A stretch of 64,000 nucleotides of DNA from the human T2T-CHM13v2.0 reference genome, Homo sapiens, in the NCBI RefSeq assembly GCF_009914755.1, contig NC_060935.1. One strand, written 5' to 3'. The position numbers were made by a program, and so were the translations under genes. Shown here piece after piece: positions 27,384 through 42,744 of this stretch; the first letter of the stretch is position 1, and the number at the start of each line of letters is the position of its first letter. A model generated the notes under the pieces. That model was not told the origin of the DNA and made no database searches. It saw only the letters and a list, made by a program, of their open reading frames with translations.

Positions 27384-30076
27384 GTGAGGGGCCCCAGAGG
27401 AGGTTAGGCCTTAGGCCTGCGGCCGCTCGAGGCAACACAGGCCCGGGCCGGGGTTCGGCTGCGGGCCCGGCCGGGGTGCAGGCTCGGCTGTGGGGGAATG
27501 AGGAGGCGTGAGGCAGTCGGGGGTGGACGGTGGGTGCGGCGAGCAGTTGGGAGACCCGCTGGCTCTAGGGGCCGGGGAGCGGACCTCCCGCCTCGGGTTT
27601 TATGGGGCTGGACGAATAAAGGAGCGGACGGGAAAGAATCAGGTTCTGCTCTAGGGGAGAAGGTGGCCTTTTAAGTTCTTGTTTAACGTGTGGAGCCGGG
27701 AGAGATCATTTCAAAGAAAACATTCTGGAACAGTTGCCTATGGGCACGGCAGGGTGACGGTGCTGCTTCTGGGTTTGACAGTGGCAGCGTATAGCTTTCA
27801 GCGCTTGTGAAATCTACACCCAAGTGAGATCTGTGGGAGGGCAGACTTAACTGTTACGACTTTTTTCAACTCCTGTTACTTGGTAGTACTATTGGCCTGC
27901 CTAAATGGGGCCTACCGAAGATCGTGGAAAAGTAGTACATGGGACATTAATGTAAAGGAAGGAGATAGGAGAACATTACCACATGGAGAGCTGAACTCTT
28001 TTTTTTTTTTTTTTTTTTTGAGGTTGGGTTGTGTATGCCAATTTGAGTGACTTCTTAAATTCTTAAAAGCAAGTGATACGAGAAGCCTTGACTACTTGGC
28101 TTCTCTTGAATAGTAGTAGAAGATTTAGGGTAGAATCCAGCACTGGCCAGCGAATTTCAACGTATTAATAGTATCTCTGTTGGCTTTATAAATATCTTCG
28201 GCGTATTCAAATGTGTATTTTTAACTGGCTGATCATCAGGCTAATGCTTTGGATTTTTATTTCTCATATACCTTAAATAGAGACAAGTGTTGGATTGAAA
28301 TTAACTGTGTGCGATCTTGAAATTAATGAGTGATCATTACAGATTCTTAAATTTTTTTGTGCCTGTTTTACTTGTTTTGTAGCAATTCTTTGTTACTTAA
28401 GCAAGCTCTGACAGTATGCAAGGGTGATATTATTGGAGTTATGTACCTGTATGATACAAGTATTTTCCCAGCTTTGTCAGAAGGGCAGTGATAGTTGTTT
28501 TGCAAGGACGATTTTTGTAAAAGGCAGAGAGTTATGTGTCAGTATTTGTTCATCAAGCGTCACCAACTCTGTGCAAAGCAGATAAACAGATGAGTTAATC
28601 AGAATTCTTGCCTTGGGAACTTTCTGAGCTACTAAGAAAGGGAACACTAGTGTTTGTTGAACTCCAATTAGGGACTAGGTACTTTACCACGTAAGTAATT
28701 CTTATGCAAGGAAGGAAGTGATAGGTGCTGTAAGAAAGGTATAAATGTGTATTTCATTTTAGAGCTTCATATTGCTGGTTTTCATTTTTATAAAAAACAA
28801 AATTCTTTCTTAATTTTTTGACCATTAGAAAAATATCATATAGGTGGAACTCTGCTTTAAGAAAACCCAACATTAGATTTATTTCCCTAATAACTTGATT
28901 TATAGAAAACATGATATGATAATAGATACCGAGCTTTGCAGAAACATCTGTTGTGTAAAAAGTGATAACAGCAACGGAAGTTTAAAGATTAAATGCCTGT
29001 CCTTTTAAGATTAATTCCCTTCCCTGAGGCTTTAAATTCATCACAACTTATGTTTTTTCCCTTTCTTCTTTTTATGGACCATATGCCTTTATTGTCTATT
29101 CCTTAGTCTCATCTTCAGTCTTCTTTTTCCCTGGTTCCTTTCATGATTCCTGGAAGCATGATCTGTGGTTCTTACCTTTTATAGCTAGCCAACTAGCTTT
29201 TTCTTCTTTGATGGCCACACTCATTCTTTATTAAAGTGATTGCCTCCAGTTCCATATTTGCTTCTGGATTACTGGAAACTTTTTCTGAAAATCACCAGTT
29301 ATCTCTTAAATGACCAAATTCTTTGACTTTTTTTTTCTTGCCTCTTCTGCTGTTCGAATTCTCTGCAGGATCTGATAGTTTTTTTAAAAAAACAATTTCT
29401 TGATTTTAGTGATACTCCACTTTTCTGGTCATTTTCCCACCTGTTTGTCCTATCTGCCCACTCATTTAGTCAAGGCCTTTCTCTTCTTTTTTGTATTCTT
29501 AATTGGCACTTTTGTGTGATCCTTGAAGCTCCGGGACAGGTCCTTTTAAACAGTAGTAGAATCATACAGTGCTAGAGCTAAGAGAAAGCATAATCATCAT
29601 CTAAGTTACCCCTCCACTTTACAGTTAAGGGAGTTAGGCCCAGAAGATTGAAAGTGACTTGTTCAGGGTCAAATAATGAGTAAATGGCAGACCTAGTGCT
29701 AGAACTCACTTCCTTTGCTACTATTCCCTTGATTATACCCTATTTTACAGAGCCCTACATGTAATTTAGAGGCTCTGTAAGAATAGTTTGTAACTCTCTA
29801 AGTACATATATATGTGAAAATAAATGGCAAATTAAAAAATTTCATGCATTTATTTTAATGGCTTATTATCAATAATCTAAAGATTTTTTTTTTTTGAGGG
29901 CCTTTGTATAGGGAACCTCTGACCCCTGCTAGATTTAGATCTTGGTTAGATGTGGGCATGTGTGCGTGCGTGTGTTGGAGTGTATAGTTGTTCAGTGAAT
30001 AATATATTTTGGTCCCTGAAACTCAAGGACAAATGTACCTTTAGAGGACTCTTGAAGAAGACAGCTTAGTGTAGTA

Positions 30077-30325
30077 CAGGCATTGGCAAACCACGGCCTG
30101 TGGTCCAGATCAGTTCACAGCCTGGTTTTGTATGGCCTGTGAGTTAAGAATGAGTTTTACATTTTCGAATTGTTGAAGAAAAAAAGTCAAAAGAATTATA
30201 ATAGTCTGTGACACATGAAAATAATGTGTAATTCAAATTTTAGTCTTGAAACAGCTATGCCATTTATTTAGTATTTTGTATGGCTACAACAGCAGAGATG
30301 AGTAGTTGCTACAGAGACTCTATGC
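30077..30325 (+). mobile_element. MER58-like hAT element
   Basis: caggcattggcaaaccacggcctgtgg...gcctgtgagttaagaatg. Confidence 0.7.
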
Positions 30326-33300
30326 AGGATAAATTTGAAATTACTTAGCTTGGTATTCAAGGCCCAGTACCATTGATTCTGGCCACAACCTGTCCTTCCA
30401 GCTTATCTCTTCTCCCATGAAACAGGTTTTTAATGTAGTCAAACAGGTTTCTCTCTAACTTGCATTTCACTTCTGTTTGTGCTGCCCCCTCCTTCCTGTT
30501 CAAAACCTTCATACACATTTTTCCATAAGTACCTCATATCTCATTTATGCTAAATAGCCTTTTCTGACCATTTTAACCTTAGAGATTTCTCCCTCTTAGA
30601 AGACCTTTATATAGGAATAGAATTCATTTGGCAATTACTAGATGGTGCTTGGCGACATCTATTATGATCTGAAACTGTAATCTACATTTTATATATTATT
30701 TGTTGTGAATTCCTTGACAGCAAAGACTTGGTATGTTTCTCTGTCTTTGCTTTTTGTTTTTGTAGGTTTTGTACTATAGGTTTAAGACAGTGTCTTTCCT
30801 GGAGCAGATATTCAGTAAATATTCGTTGATGTGGTGACAGAGTTGTAAGTAAATTTAGCATTCTAACCAATTATCCTGTCCTTGGAGGTTTTCCACAGCA
30901 TCATTGGCAAGCTATTTGCCAACTTTTGCTTTAATACATACTTCTATGACTAATCTTTGATAAAATCTTTGTCTTAGAAGAGATCTGTTATTTTTAAGTT
31001 TTTGAGTTGAGAGAAGTCTAGATCTCTATAGCTGCCATCTTTTGATAGTTGCCTTACAGAAATGTTAAAGCATTTCCCATAGGATAGTTTTTCTCATCAT
31101 TGAAGATGGGAGAGGGTAGCCTGAGAACTGACCTTTTCTGTTCTGAGTCTGAGCTTCCTCAGTTCTTTAACTGTTTCTTAGTTCCTCTCTTTTGGACATA
31201 ATCTGGGGTTTTTAGTATTCCTCCTAAATTGTTGTACCCAGAAAGAGCAAAGAGAGTGGTATCTCTTCATTGTGGTGAAGAACAGAGCTTTTCACCCGTT
31301 TCATTCTGCCGTATGTCTTTGAATTGTAGTATATTGATTTCTGCTTTGAGGTCTCTTTTAATAGCATCCCAATTTTAATTATTGTTTGGTTGCTATTTTG
31401 TTATTCTGTTTTCTTATAAGGATGTGTGTCATTAATATTCATTGAGTACTCACTGTGCATATTACTGTATTCTGCCAAATAGGAAAAACTTAGAATAGAA
31501 AAATTTGTTCTTCTCTCAAGTGTCTTATAGAATGATCAAGGATAAGGTGCATATTTACTGATGCTTTAAAAATAATACTTAAACTGCAGTACTTAAAGTA
31601 GTGCTCATGGACTCTAAATCCAGAGAAAATGGAAAAAATGAAGGAAAAAGAGTAGAAATGTAAATTCTTTATCTCTGGGTTTTTTTCTCCTGTCTTTCAT
31701 GCAATCACTACTTCTGTCTGGAACTGGTTTTGGCATCTAATGATGATGATGATAGTAATAACCAGTATTTATTGAGCATTTATTTATATACCAGATACTG
31801 TTGGTTGTGCTTTGTATTAACTCATTTGAGCTTCACAGCAACCTCAGAGTACATAAGACACATTGATAGCAAAAACAACTTATTTTTATTTCTATTGTCT
31901 GACTTCTTATAAAATCCATTCATCAGTATCTATTATGGAACATGTCAAATGCATATTCTTTTAATTTTATTTCTCCTAATTAAATTACCTGAGGAAATGT
32001 GCTGCAATTGTCATTCTTGATTTTAGTGATTCTTTTAAAATGAGGCTTTTTCTTAAATTTCAGATGTTGACTCTCTCTTACCAGTAAGAGACAAGTTTGT
32101 CAAGTTATACCCGCCAGCGTTTTAAACAAATTGGAGTGTTTAATAAAAGTCAGTATTTTAGATATCATTGGAAATGCTCATTTAATGAATGAAAGCAAAA
32201 GCTGAATGCAGAATTGTATATGATTCTAATTTTGTCCAGGAAAAAATGAACAATTTAGGGTTAAATGCGTTGAAAGATTAGAAGGAATACACTAAAATAT
32301 TAAGAGTTGCTATTTCTGAATTTCTGGATTATTGGGATATATATTTAGACTTTCATATTTAAAAATGAGCATGTACATTATTTTCAAAAACAGAAATTGA
32401 GATGATCTGATTGTAGTTTTGGGGGTATTTACATAGTGTTTTTTTTTTTTGTGCTCACAGTTTTCCTATTTCCCCTCTCCTCTTACTCTGTATATTTGTC
32501 TTGAGTAATCGGATCCACTTGTATAGCTTCAACCTTTGATTGTGATTTACACATTTATATCTCCAGCCCTGACCCCTTCTAGATTCAGATTTCCACTGTT
32601 CTGGATATCTGTACTTGGTTGTACTCTAGGACCCACAAATTAAATATAGGTAATATCGAACTTATTTCTCCTTCCCTTCTCACAACCCAATTCTTGGTGT
32701 TCTCCTGTTTCAGTTAGTGTTATCGCCATCTATTTATATGCTTAAGTTAGAACAGTTTTTGACTCCTCTCTTTTCCTTTTTCTCACATATAGTTCACCAC
32801 TTAGAAAATGTCTCTGTATCCTTATCTTTCTCTCCATGGCTCTGCCTTTGTCTAATTATTGTTATTTTCTCCAATGTGTAGCCTTTCTAATTGGTCAGTC
32901 TGCTTCCAAGGCCTTTCCTTTCTTAACCATCCTCCCCACAACTGCCAGGGTTACTTTCTAAAACAGATGAGATTAAGATTTACCTGTTTTAAAGTTTATA
33001 ATTATTACCCTCTGATTGCAATTTGAATGATAGGTACTATTTGTAAACAGTATGTGCTAGACACTATGCTAACCAGTTCACTTACATTATCTCATTTGAC
33101 AGTATGACAGTATTAGCTATTATTCTTCATTATCCATTTTACACATGAAGAAACTAGGCTTAAAGATGCTAAGTAACTTGCTCAAAGTTACATAGCTATT
33201 TGATTCTAAATCAAGGTAGCTTTAACCAGTAGGAAAGTCCTTGATAATATGGATTCAGTTGATTTTTTAAATTTAATTTTTATCAAAGTTATGTTTAATA

Positions 33301-33341
33301 CATGCATATATTTATAAGAGTTAAATAGCTCTGCAGAACTA

Positions 33342-33657
33342 TAGTCACTTGTCACTTAATGATGAGGACCTATTCTGAGAAATGTATCATTAGACATCAT
33401 TTGAACATGATACAGTGTGCTTGCACAAACCTAGATGGTTTAGCCTGCTACACACCTAGGCTATATGGCATTGCCTGTTGCTCCTAGGCTACAGCATGTT
33501 ACTGTACTGAATACTGTAGGCAGTTGTAATACATCATAAGTCTTTGTGTGTTCAAACATACAGAAGGTACAGTAAAAATATGGTATTTGTAATCTTATGG
33601 GACCACTGTCATCTTTGTGATTGTTGACCAAAATGTCTTTATATGGCACATGACTAT
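33342..33657 (-). mobile_element. Tigger3a-like element
   Basis: Reverse-complement similarity to the copy at 8769; tagtca...tgacta ends. Confidence 0.8.
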
Positions 33658-33739
33658 ATTTACAAAAACAGTAGGTCTCTGCAAATTTCCCCTCATTTCA
33701 GGCTGCCTAGGGGCAACTGCTTTCAACTCATTCTTTTGA

Positions 33740-34067
<328 letters not shown>

Positions 34068-34479
34068 GAAACTAGCGTTTTTATAGTGTTACTTCTTGAT
34101 TTTTCAGTTTAAGATATTTTTCAGTTTAAGTAAAAATGAGGGTTTACCACTATCCCCAACCACACACAAGCACACATTTTAACCCTGCCCAGTACTCCCA
34201 ATATTGTCATACTGCAAGTCGTTTGGATACATCCGCATTTCATAGAGATGGAGTTTCACTATTATTGCACAAGCTGGTCTTGAACTCCTGGGCTTAAGCA
34301 ATCCTCCTGCCTCAGCCTCCCAAAGTACTAGGGCTATAGGCGTGAGCCACCATGCCCAGCCTGTATACATCAGTATTTCAGTTTATAATGACTCCATTTT
34401 CACCATGTTAGCTAGGCCAGAGTTAGTAATTTTTAACAATTTTGCTTTGCTTAGTTTTCTGTATACTTATTAAATTAGC

Positions 34480-34690
34480 CAAGTGGTTATCAATTGGGGC
34501 CCATTTTCTCTCCAGAGGACATTTGGCAATGTTGGGGGAGGGGAGGAGAGTGCGGGTGTGTGCTACTGACATCTAGTGGGTAGAAGCCAGGTATGCTGCC
34601 AAATATTCTTCTGCACTGCACAAGACAGCCTCCTGTAACAAAGAATTAGAAGGCCCACAATGTCAGTAGAGCTGTTGTTGAGAAACCCTG
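34480..34690 (+). mobile_element. MER20
   Basis: ggacatttggcaatgt...catctagtgggtagaagccagg...ttgagaaaccctg. Confidence 0.8.
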
Positions 34691-35865
34691 ATTTAGCCCA
34701 AACTATCTCTCAAGTGTATAAATGGCTTATCTTCAAACCTACCAATTTTGACTTCGTGAGAAGCTCTTTCCCAGGGCCTTCTGACCTACTCCAGTTTGAA
34801 CTTGTTAAAGCTAGAACTTTTGTGCAGCTGTTGTCTTGGACTTGCTTTACTGTCATCTTTATGATTCTCTCAGTTCTGTCTTGTTTTGGAGCCCCTGTTT
34901 CTGTATCTGGTATCTTTGGCTGTCTTTGTTTACTTTCTCATTTTGAAGGGCCACTTTCAATAGTTCTCTGGATGGGATAGAATTTTTTCAAGACTATACA
35001 TGTCTGTAAATGTTTTTTCTCCCCTCTTGTTTTATGGATAGTTTGGCTGGGCAGAGAACTCTGAGTCAGAAATAATTTTTTCTCAGAATTTTGAAGGCAT
35101 TGCTCTACTGTCTTCTATTTTTCTGTGTCGATGTTGAGATCAGATGCTTAGAACATCCTTTTCAACTATTTTGAAACTTTCTTTTTTTCTCTTTGCGAGC
35201 TAGAGAGAGAATCTTTGTCCCCAGAGTTCTGAAATTCTTGTATTATGTAGTTATATGTCTGTTTTTTTAATTCATTCTGCTAATCCTGTTCAATCTGGAA
35301 TTTATCTCATAAATTCTGCAAATTTTCCTTAAATAATTTCTTTGATTTCCTCTCCTTCATTTTATCTCTCCTCTCTCTTTTGAATTCCTGTTGTTAGATG
35401 TTGGGCCTACTGATGGGTTTCTCTAATTTTCTTGTCTATTTTCATCTATTTTCCATTTCTTTACATTTTTTTTCTTTGCTTTCTGGGAGATTTTTCTCAA
35501 CTTTGTCTTCCAGTTTTTCTACTAAGTTCTTATTTCTGCTATAATATGTATAGTTTCCATTCCTTTTTTTGAAAAAAAAATCCTATATTTGTTTTATGGA
35601 TGCAGTGTCTTATCTCTCTTAGGAAATATTGGTAGTTTTTTTTTTTTTTGTCTGCATATTCTTTTTCTTCCAAATTTCCTTTTTCTGTTTGTTTGCTTTG
35701 GTCTTTATCTTTCATATTTGTTGCTTTCCTTAGATGTCTCATGATCCTTGGCAGTCTGTGCTTATTTAAGAGAGAGGCCCTAAGCTGAATGGAAGCTCTG
35801 CTTTTGTGTGATTATGGTTTTTTGTGTAGGATGGTAAATCTGGATGATTTCCTTGCAGACTCCCA

Positions 35866-36240
35866 GTCTTAGTCCATTTGGGCTGCAAAAACAAAATACC
35901 ATAAACTGGGTGGCTTATAATCCACAGAAATTTATTTTTCACAGTTCCTGTGAGTGAGGCTGGGAAGTCCAAGATAAAGGTGCCGGCAGATTTGGTGTCT
36001 GGTAAAAGCCTGCTTTCTGGTTCACAGAGCAGCACCGTCTCGCTGTGTCCTCACATGGTGGAAGGAGACAAGGCAGCTCTCTGGGGCCTCTTTTACAAGG
36101 GCACTAATCTCATTTATGAGGGCCCTGCCTTCTTGATCCAGTCACCATCCAAAGATCCCACTTCCTAATATCATCATATTGGCAAGTAGGGTTCAACATG
36201 TGAATTTTGGGGTAAGGAGACATAGGCATTTAGACCAGGG
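35866..36240 (-). mobile_element. MLT1A-like LTR within old antisense L1 sequence (~34.7-37.7 kb)
   Basis: aaaataccataaactgggtggcttata...ggaagtccaagataaaggtgccggcag. Confidence 0.8.
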
Positions 36241-39004
36241 CACCCAGTGACACATCTTTTCTTTTGTGCTGGATTGTTTTCCCAGACAAAATTTCTCATC
36301 TTTTGCCAGGAGAGAACAAGCTTGAGAGCTGAGTAGGAAAAGGGGATATGGGTCTCATCTTTAAGCATGCAGATTAACCTAATTCCCCAGTTTTCATTAT
36401 GGCACCCTTCAAATTCAATTGAGCATGTTGTCCTCTAGTCTAGATATATCCTGTTATATGCTCTCTAGAGATTGTTTAGTCTTTTATCAGAAAGGGTTGA
36501 AGAGTAGAAGAGGAGGTCTGGGGATTTTCACTACTTCTTAGATTTTGGTCAGTTCTAGTTTGGACTCCACTCTCGTTCCCAAAGTGTCTGAAACTTCCAG
36601 TTCCTGAGCCCCTTAGTTTATTTTTTTGTTTGTTTGCTTTAATGTATTTACACAAGAATTGCGGAAAGAGTACAAAGTTTCCGTATACCCTTCATCCAGC
36701 TTCTTTTTATCTTAACATCTTATATAACCATAGAACGATGATCAGAAGAAATTAACCTTAGTATAATATTATTAACTACACTACAGAATTTATTCAGATT
36801 TTACCAGTTTTCCCTCTTATAGTTTTTGTTTGTTTCAAGATCCAAATTTAGGATACCACATTGCATTTGGTTATCATATCTCCTAGTTTCCTTTTATCTG
36901 TGATAATTTTTCAGTCTTCATTTTCAAGATCTTGACACTTTTGAAGAGTACTGGTCAGTTATTTCATGGAATGGCTCTCAATTTGGGTTTGTGGATGCTC
37001 TCTCATGAATAGATTGAGGTTATGAATAAAAAGAAGGATTATCACAGATGGGATGTGTTCTTCTTAGTGCATTATGTTGGTAGGGGGGCATGATGCTGAT
37101 ACGTACTACTGGTGATGTTAACCTTGATCACTTGGGTAAGAGGGTGTCTGCTAGGTTTCTCCACTGTGAAGTTACTATTTTTCCCTTTAATAATTATTAA
37201 GTACTTTGATTTAAAGTTACTCAGCCAGGCAGGTCAAACTTTAAAAATAAAATAGCTTTTAAAAATCAAATTCTTTGAGACCATGCAGATAACCTATTTC
37301 CCCCTAAATTTCTGCCCACTAATTTTATCATCTATCTGTGATCTTGCCTGCAGCAATTATTACTGTGGCTTAATAATAGTGATTTTCTATTTCTCTCATT
37401 ATTTCTACATTTATTAATTTAAATTCTTCTGTGAGGAGAATTTGTCCTTCCCCCCACCCCCATTTATTTACTTATTTATTTGTATCAGTATGGACTTATG
37501 GATATTTATTCTTTGGATTATAATCCAATTCTATATCATTTATTTTGTTGATCAAGCTGTTCCAATTTTTGCCAGGGGGTGCTTTTTCTGGTGGGCTTCT
37601 GTGCTCATCCTTGCTTTTTGAGCACTCACTTCCTTACTTTCCAACACCACATAATGCTTCAGCCCATCTTATGTTTTCCTTGCCCCAACCCTGGAATCAA
37701 CCAGTTCTCCAAGGAGTTTAGAGGTCTTTTGGTGTACTAAATGTCAGTGTGATATAAACTAGGTGTCTTTGGCTTTCTTCTAGGCTAACATGGAATTCAG
37801 CCTTCCTAGTTGTAATTGTCATTGCCACTTATTCTGTTTTCTAGCTTTTAAAATTGTGTTTCTGTTTGTTTGGGGTTAATAGTCTTTCAAAAATTTCTTA
37901 ACTGGGAGGCATCAGAGCTAAATCCTTATATTCAGTCTATCCTCTTTAACCAGAGATTCTTAATGTTTTTGTCTCATGCCCCAAGCCAGTTTTGTACAAA
38001 CCACATTCCACTACATTAGTTGCTGTTCCTCAGATGTGCTGTTATATGTTCATGTGTCACTTCTGTGCCCTTGCCCTGACTGAATACTATGAAGTATTTC
38101 TTTTTGTCCTGCAGTTTTTAAGGAGTTTTAAATGGGTGGACTTTTATTTTACATGAAAATGACTATTTGAATAATTAGGATTCTTGCCTATCTTCTATTT
38201 TCTCTTTTTTGGATTAGTCATATAGATTTTTTGTCTTTTAGTGCCCAGATACTGTAATTTTTTTTTTGCCAAATGGAAAGGAGGAGTTCCTGCATCTCCA
38301 GAATAGTAGGGTATGGTGATAGCCCAAGTTAGAAAGAAAAGATTGTATCAAAAACAGGGGTTGTAAAAAACAGAGCATTAAATATATATATTTAAATACC
38401 TATTGTAAATTAAAGTTCCAAAAGACATCTACTTTTAGAACAAATTCCTTGGTATTAAGGACCTTCTTCAGTTCAGGCAGCATGTGTAGGTGGCATGATA
38501 TGCAGAGGCATATTCTGTTATGAGGTTTATGACACAGATTTTCAAATCTAACATACAGACATTCTCCATTGTGGAAAAGTATTTGGCAAAATGATTGTGC
38601 TTGGCAGTGATGGCAGATGACTGACAAAAAATGATGTGATCTTTCACATCGACGTTCTTAAAGAATATGTGTTTTCCTGAGCCTGGTTTTTACTGGTATA
38701 GTGTAAGAAGGGATGGATGTAGATGTAGTGTGAGTAAATAGATGCGTCCTCTCTACCTTACTGCATACTTCCATTTCCTTTGTCCTTAGGTGTGGAAGTA
38801 ATAATTGCCCTCTTCTTTCATTTAATGAAACTAAACTGAAACATGCATACATAAAGTATCCATGTATATGAATGTTTTAATTTATGCAAAACTGTTATTG
38901 ATATAACCTGCTGTTGAGAGATTACAGTTTTTACAAAAATTACTGAGATATATGTCTCAAGTTTTGATGTTCTTTAAAACATGCTCTTAAAATCCTATCC
39001 AACC

Positions 39005-39312
39005 GGCTGGGCCTGGTGGCTCACACCTGTAATCCCAGCACTTTGGGAGGCCGAGATGGGTGGATCACGAGGTCAGGAGATTGAGACCATCCTGGCTAAC
39101 ACAGTGAAACCCCGTCTCTACTAAAATAAAATAAAATAAAAAAAATTAGCCGGGTGTGGTGGTGGGCGCCTGTAGTCCCAGCTACTCAGGAGGCTGAGGC
39201 AGGAGAATGGCGTGAACCCAGAAGGTGGAGCTTGCAGTGAACCGAGATCGCACCACTGCACTCCAGCTAGGGGGACAGGGCGAGACTCCGTCTCAAAAAA
39301 AAAAAAAAAAAA
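39005..39312 (+). mobile_element. AluY-like
   Basis: gaccatcctggctaacac and gaatggcgtgaaccc diagnostics; TSD AAAATCCTATCCAACC. Confidence 0.93.
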
Positions 39313-39971
39313 ATCCTATCCAACCAGCAAAGTCCAGCCTGAAAATTCTCCTCTTTCAACCTGATTGCATATTCTTAATCCTAAAATCCTACAGCACCTT
39401 TGGCATTTGAAAAATTCTGCTTCTTTATTATAAGTTATTTGTTATTTCAGTTAATACCTTCTATTAGATGGGAGGTTCCTCAGAGTCAGGACACTACAGC
39501 TGGAGTCCCTAGGTTCAAATACCAGCTGTCTGACATTGGACAAATTCCTTAACCTGTCAGTACCTTAGTTAATTAAGGATAATTCTAAGTACCTCCTAGC
39601 ATTGGTGGGAAGATTAAATGAGTTAATACATGTAATGTGTCATGCACACAATAAGCTATCAATAGATATTAGCTATTACCACCTTCTGTTACTACCATCA
39701 TTTCTATCATTACCTTCATTTCTATATCCTCCCCCAGGGGCCATCACAATGTGCTGTACATTGTTGTTATTCAACAAATATTTGTGGATTAAATGAAAAT
39801 GAAATTATATTTTAGTTATGCAAGTCATTTGAAGTTGACAGCTGATTACAGCCTGTCAGCTACTTATCTTAATGTCTACAGCACTAATCCTAAATTATTG
39901 TTAGATTTGACAGGTTCTCTTATATGATCAAGTAAGACCTATTGTTACAGCTTTGAAAATTGGAACACATA

Positions 39972-40334
<363 letters not shown>

Positions 40335-41372
40335 CTAATGAGGTTCTGAGAAAAATTAGTTTGGTTTATATAGGTGGTTGTCAATTCACTAGATTAACAC
40401 ATTTCTTGTTTATTAGGATTCAGTGCGAAATGTTATTTTAAAGCAGGATCCATATTAAGACAGTTTCTGAGAGAACTTGATGTGTTTGATAATTTTGATT
40501 TTCTGTAGCTCTGGTGTAGAACTAGTTGACATGGATAGAAGAGACTGTCCCTGTCAGTGGTACTATGATGATGCTTTAAATTTGATGCTGTGTAGTGGAC
40601 TGCTTCTATACTAATAATTTTCAAGTATTAGTGTAATATGCTTATATTAAATAAAGTGACTTTCTAGTAGAGAAAAATTAAAGAAAGCCTAAGTGACATA
40701 ATTCAGAAAAAGGTCTAGAACTTAAATCTTTCTGTATAAAGATGTGAATCCAATACCTGTGGTAAGGTTATAGGTTTAACTTCAGGAAAATCATGAACCT
40801 CATTTACAACCTCAGTGAAATTTTTTAGTACAACCAAAGCATTCTAGTTTACTACAAATACCTTTCTTGTTTTAAATACTTATTTGTATTTAATAATGAA
40901 TACACTTTCATTGTTTTTAGTGTAGATTTCCATGGCTCCTGATTTTATAGAATTCATTCAGTTAAACATTGAGTTAGTAGCTGCCAAGAACTACTACAGA
41001 GAGATTCAAAGATGAATAAGGAATCTGGCCTAGTTCTAGATCCTAGTCTAGACTAATGGAAGAGACAAACAGGTGACCAGACAAATATATAATGTGGAAA
41101 TAAAGTGGGACCATAGAGCGGGGAGCAGCTGGCTTTCTCTAGGGGATTCTGTGAGAATGTAATCACAAAGGCTGACTTGATTATTATGTAGAGAAGGAGG
41201 AATAGTGTTCAAAACAAGAAAGTTTGTAGTGCATTTTAGGAAGTGGCAAAAAATTTAGTGTAGATGCATGGGGCGCCTGGTTCTGGCAGATTGTGTCTAA
41301 AAATTCCAAAGGCTTTGTGTGCCCAGAAAGTGTTTAGATTTTTATTGTTTAGACATTAGGGGGCAAAAAATA

Positions 41373-42156
41373 TTTTTTTCCCCAGAAAAAGTCAACAGAT
41401 TTGTTTACAATTGTTATAAAATTTAGTTGCTGAAACTTGTTCATGGAAACATTTTTTACTTGCTGGAATGTTTTTTGTCCCCAACATTAATACCAAAAAT
41501 TTGCATACAAATCAAAGTGGGGGAAAAACTTGCTAATACCTTATTCTCTCATCCATTTATTTCCATTTGCAATCATATAATTAGGTACCTTTTTGTTTTT
41601 TAAGAATAAAATATTTCTTTTCATAATACATTTTAGCACATTTTCTACATATGAGTCTTTTTGGTGGGATATCCTTAGGCATAATTGTTACATATTTGAT
41701 ATGGATAAAACAAAGGTGGGTGTCTTCAAATAGGCTAACCAGGTAGGCCTCACTTGCCTTTAGAAAAGTGTCAGTGGCTGCACTCTGGAAGTATAGATCT
41801 GTTTTGAAGTTCTCACAACTGATGCTGGAAGGGAAATTTGCAAGTGAGAAGTTCAGCATACATTTGATAACTTCTGATCTGATTTTCACTGAGAGCCACA
41901 GTACAAGGCTTATAATGATGTGGTTTCTTAACCTTTCTAGTACACAACATATTCTTGTGAGTGGCTTTTGTAGCTAGTTACTTCCTGTGTGCTTTACCAC
42001 TGGCATTTTTGTGGGCATTTGGCTTTGTAGGAACTGTAGTGTAGAGAACTCCCTATTTACTTCTCTTCTTGGCTGAAGCTCTGCAAGCTAAAGGTGACAC
42101 CGTGCTAGGCAGTGATGACTGTTGGTGGCAGTCACAGTGCAGTAACTGAGAACACC
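41373..42156 (-). pseudogene. Processed histone H3.3 pseudogene (H3-3A/H3F3A-derived; possibly H3P33)
   Basis: Intronless degenerate CDS at about 42037-41633 ([35 protein letters not shown] match H3.3). ATG is mutated, with an in-frame stop and indels. Flanks resemble the recalled H3F3A 5' and 3' UTRs; short residual A-tail near 41373. Confidence 0.92.
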
Positions 42157-42744
42157 ATAAGGAATGTCTTTAATTTGAGAATTAATGGAATCTTCCTAAG
42201 GTTATCCACAGTGCTCCAAATAATATTTATTTAATAAAAATAAAATATTTAATAAAGAGAAGCTCTGGATTATAAACCTAGTTCCAGGTTGCATTAATAA
42301 GTAGAATTTTTGTATAACTCATCTCCAAAAGATGCAGCATGTTGCTTTAGTAAATATAAATAAGCTATCAATGAATTTATATACATTTCCTTCATTTTAT
42401 AGTGTCTGTCCTTTTATGTGTTTAGGTATTTTACTTGTATTGCCTTTAAGTTTACACCAGTTTATATAATCTATTATTTTATATCTATTTATAGTACTTT
42501 GTGATAACAAGAGAATTGGTGAAAAATTATATATTTAACAACCACAACTTATTAAAATATATCTGAGAAATATTGCTTTGACATTTTAAATTCGTATGTC
42601 TTGAAATATTTATTTACCTTTAGTTATTTACCATTAACACAAAACAAATATAATTTTAAGAGTTCTAAGAAAAGTAGACGTGACACAAAAATGTTTCTAC
42701 AGTTGAGTAATATGATTTTAACACTGGAAGGGAGGCAGTAGTTA

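Larger units (their letters stand above)
26440..27650. promoter_or_regulatory. CpG island / USP47 promoter and 5' UTR, probably bidirectional
   Basis: Abrupt GC- and CpG-rich block in AT-rich surroundings; GC boxes near 26469 and 26665; near-CRE TGACGTCC near 26737; contains the USP47 start codon. Confidence 0.93.

Noticed and set aside
41581-41889. 102-aa histone-like ORF as a novel H3 variant
   Set aside because: No ATG at the H3 start, N-terminal half frameshifted, stop in the tail region; a pseudogene
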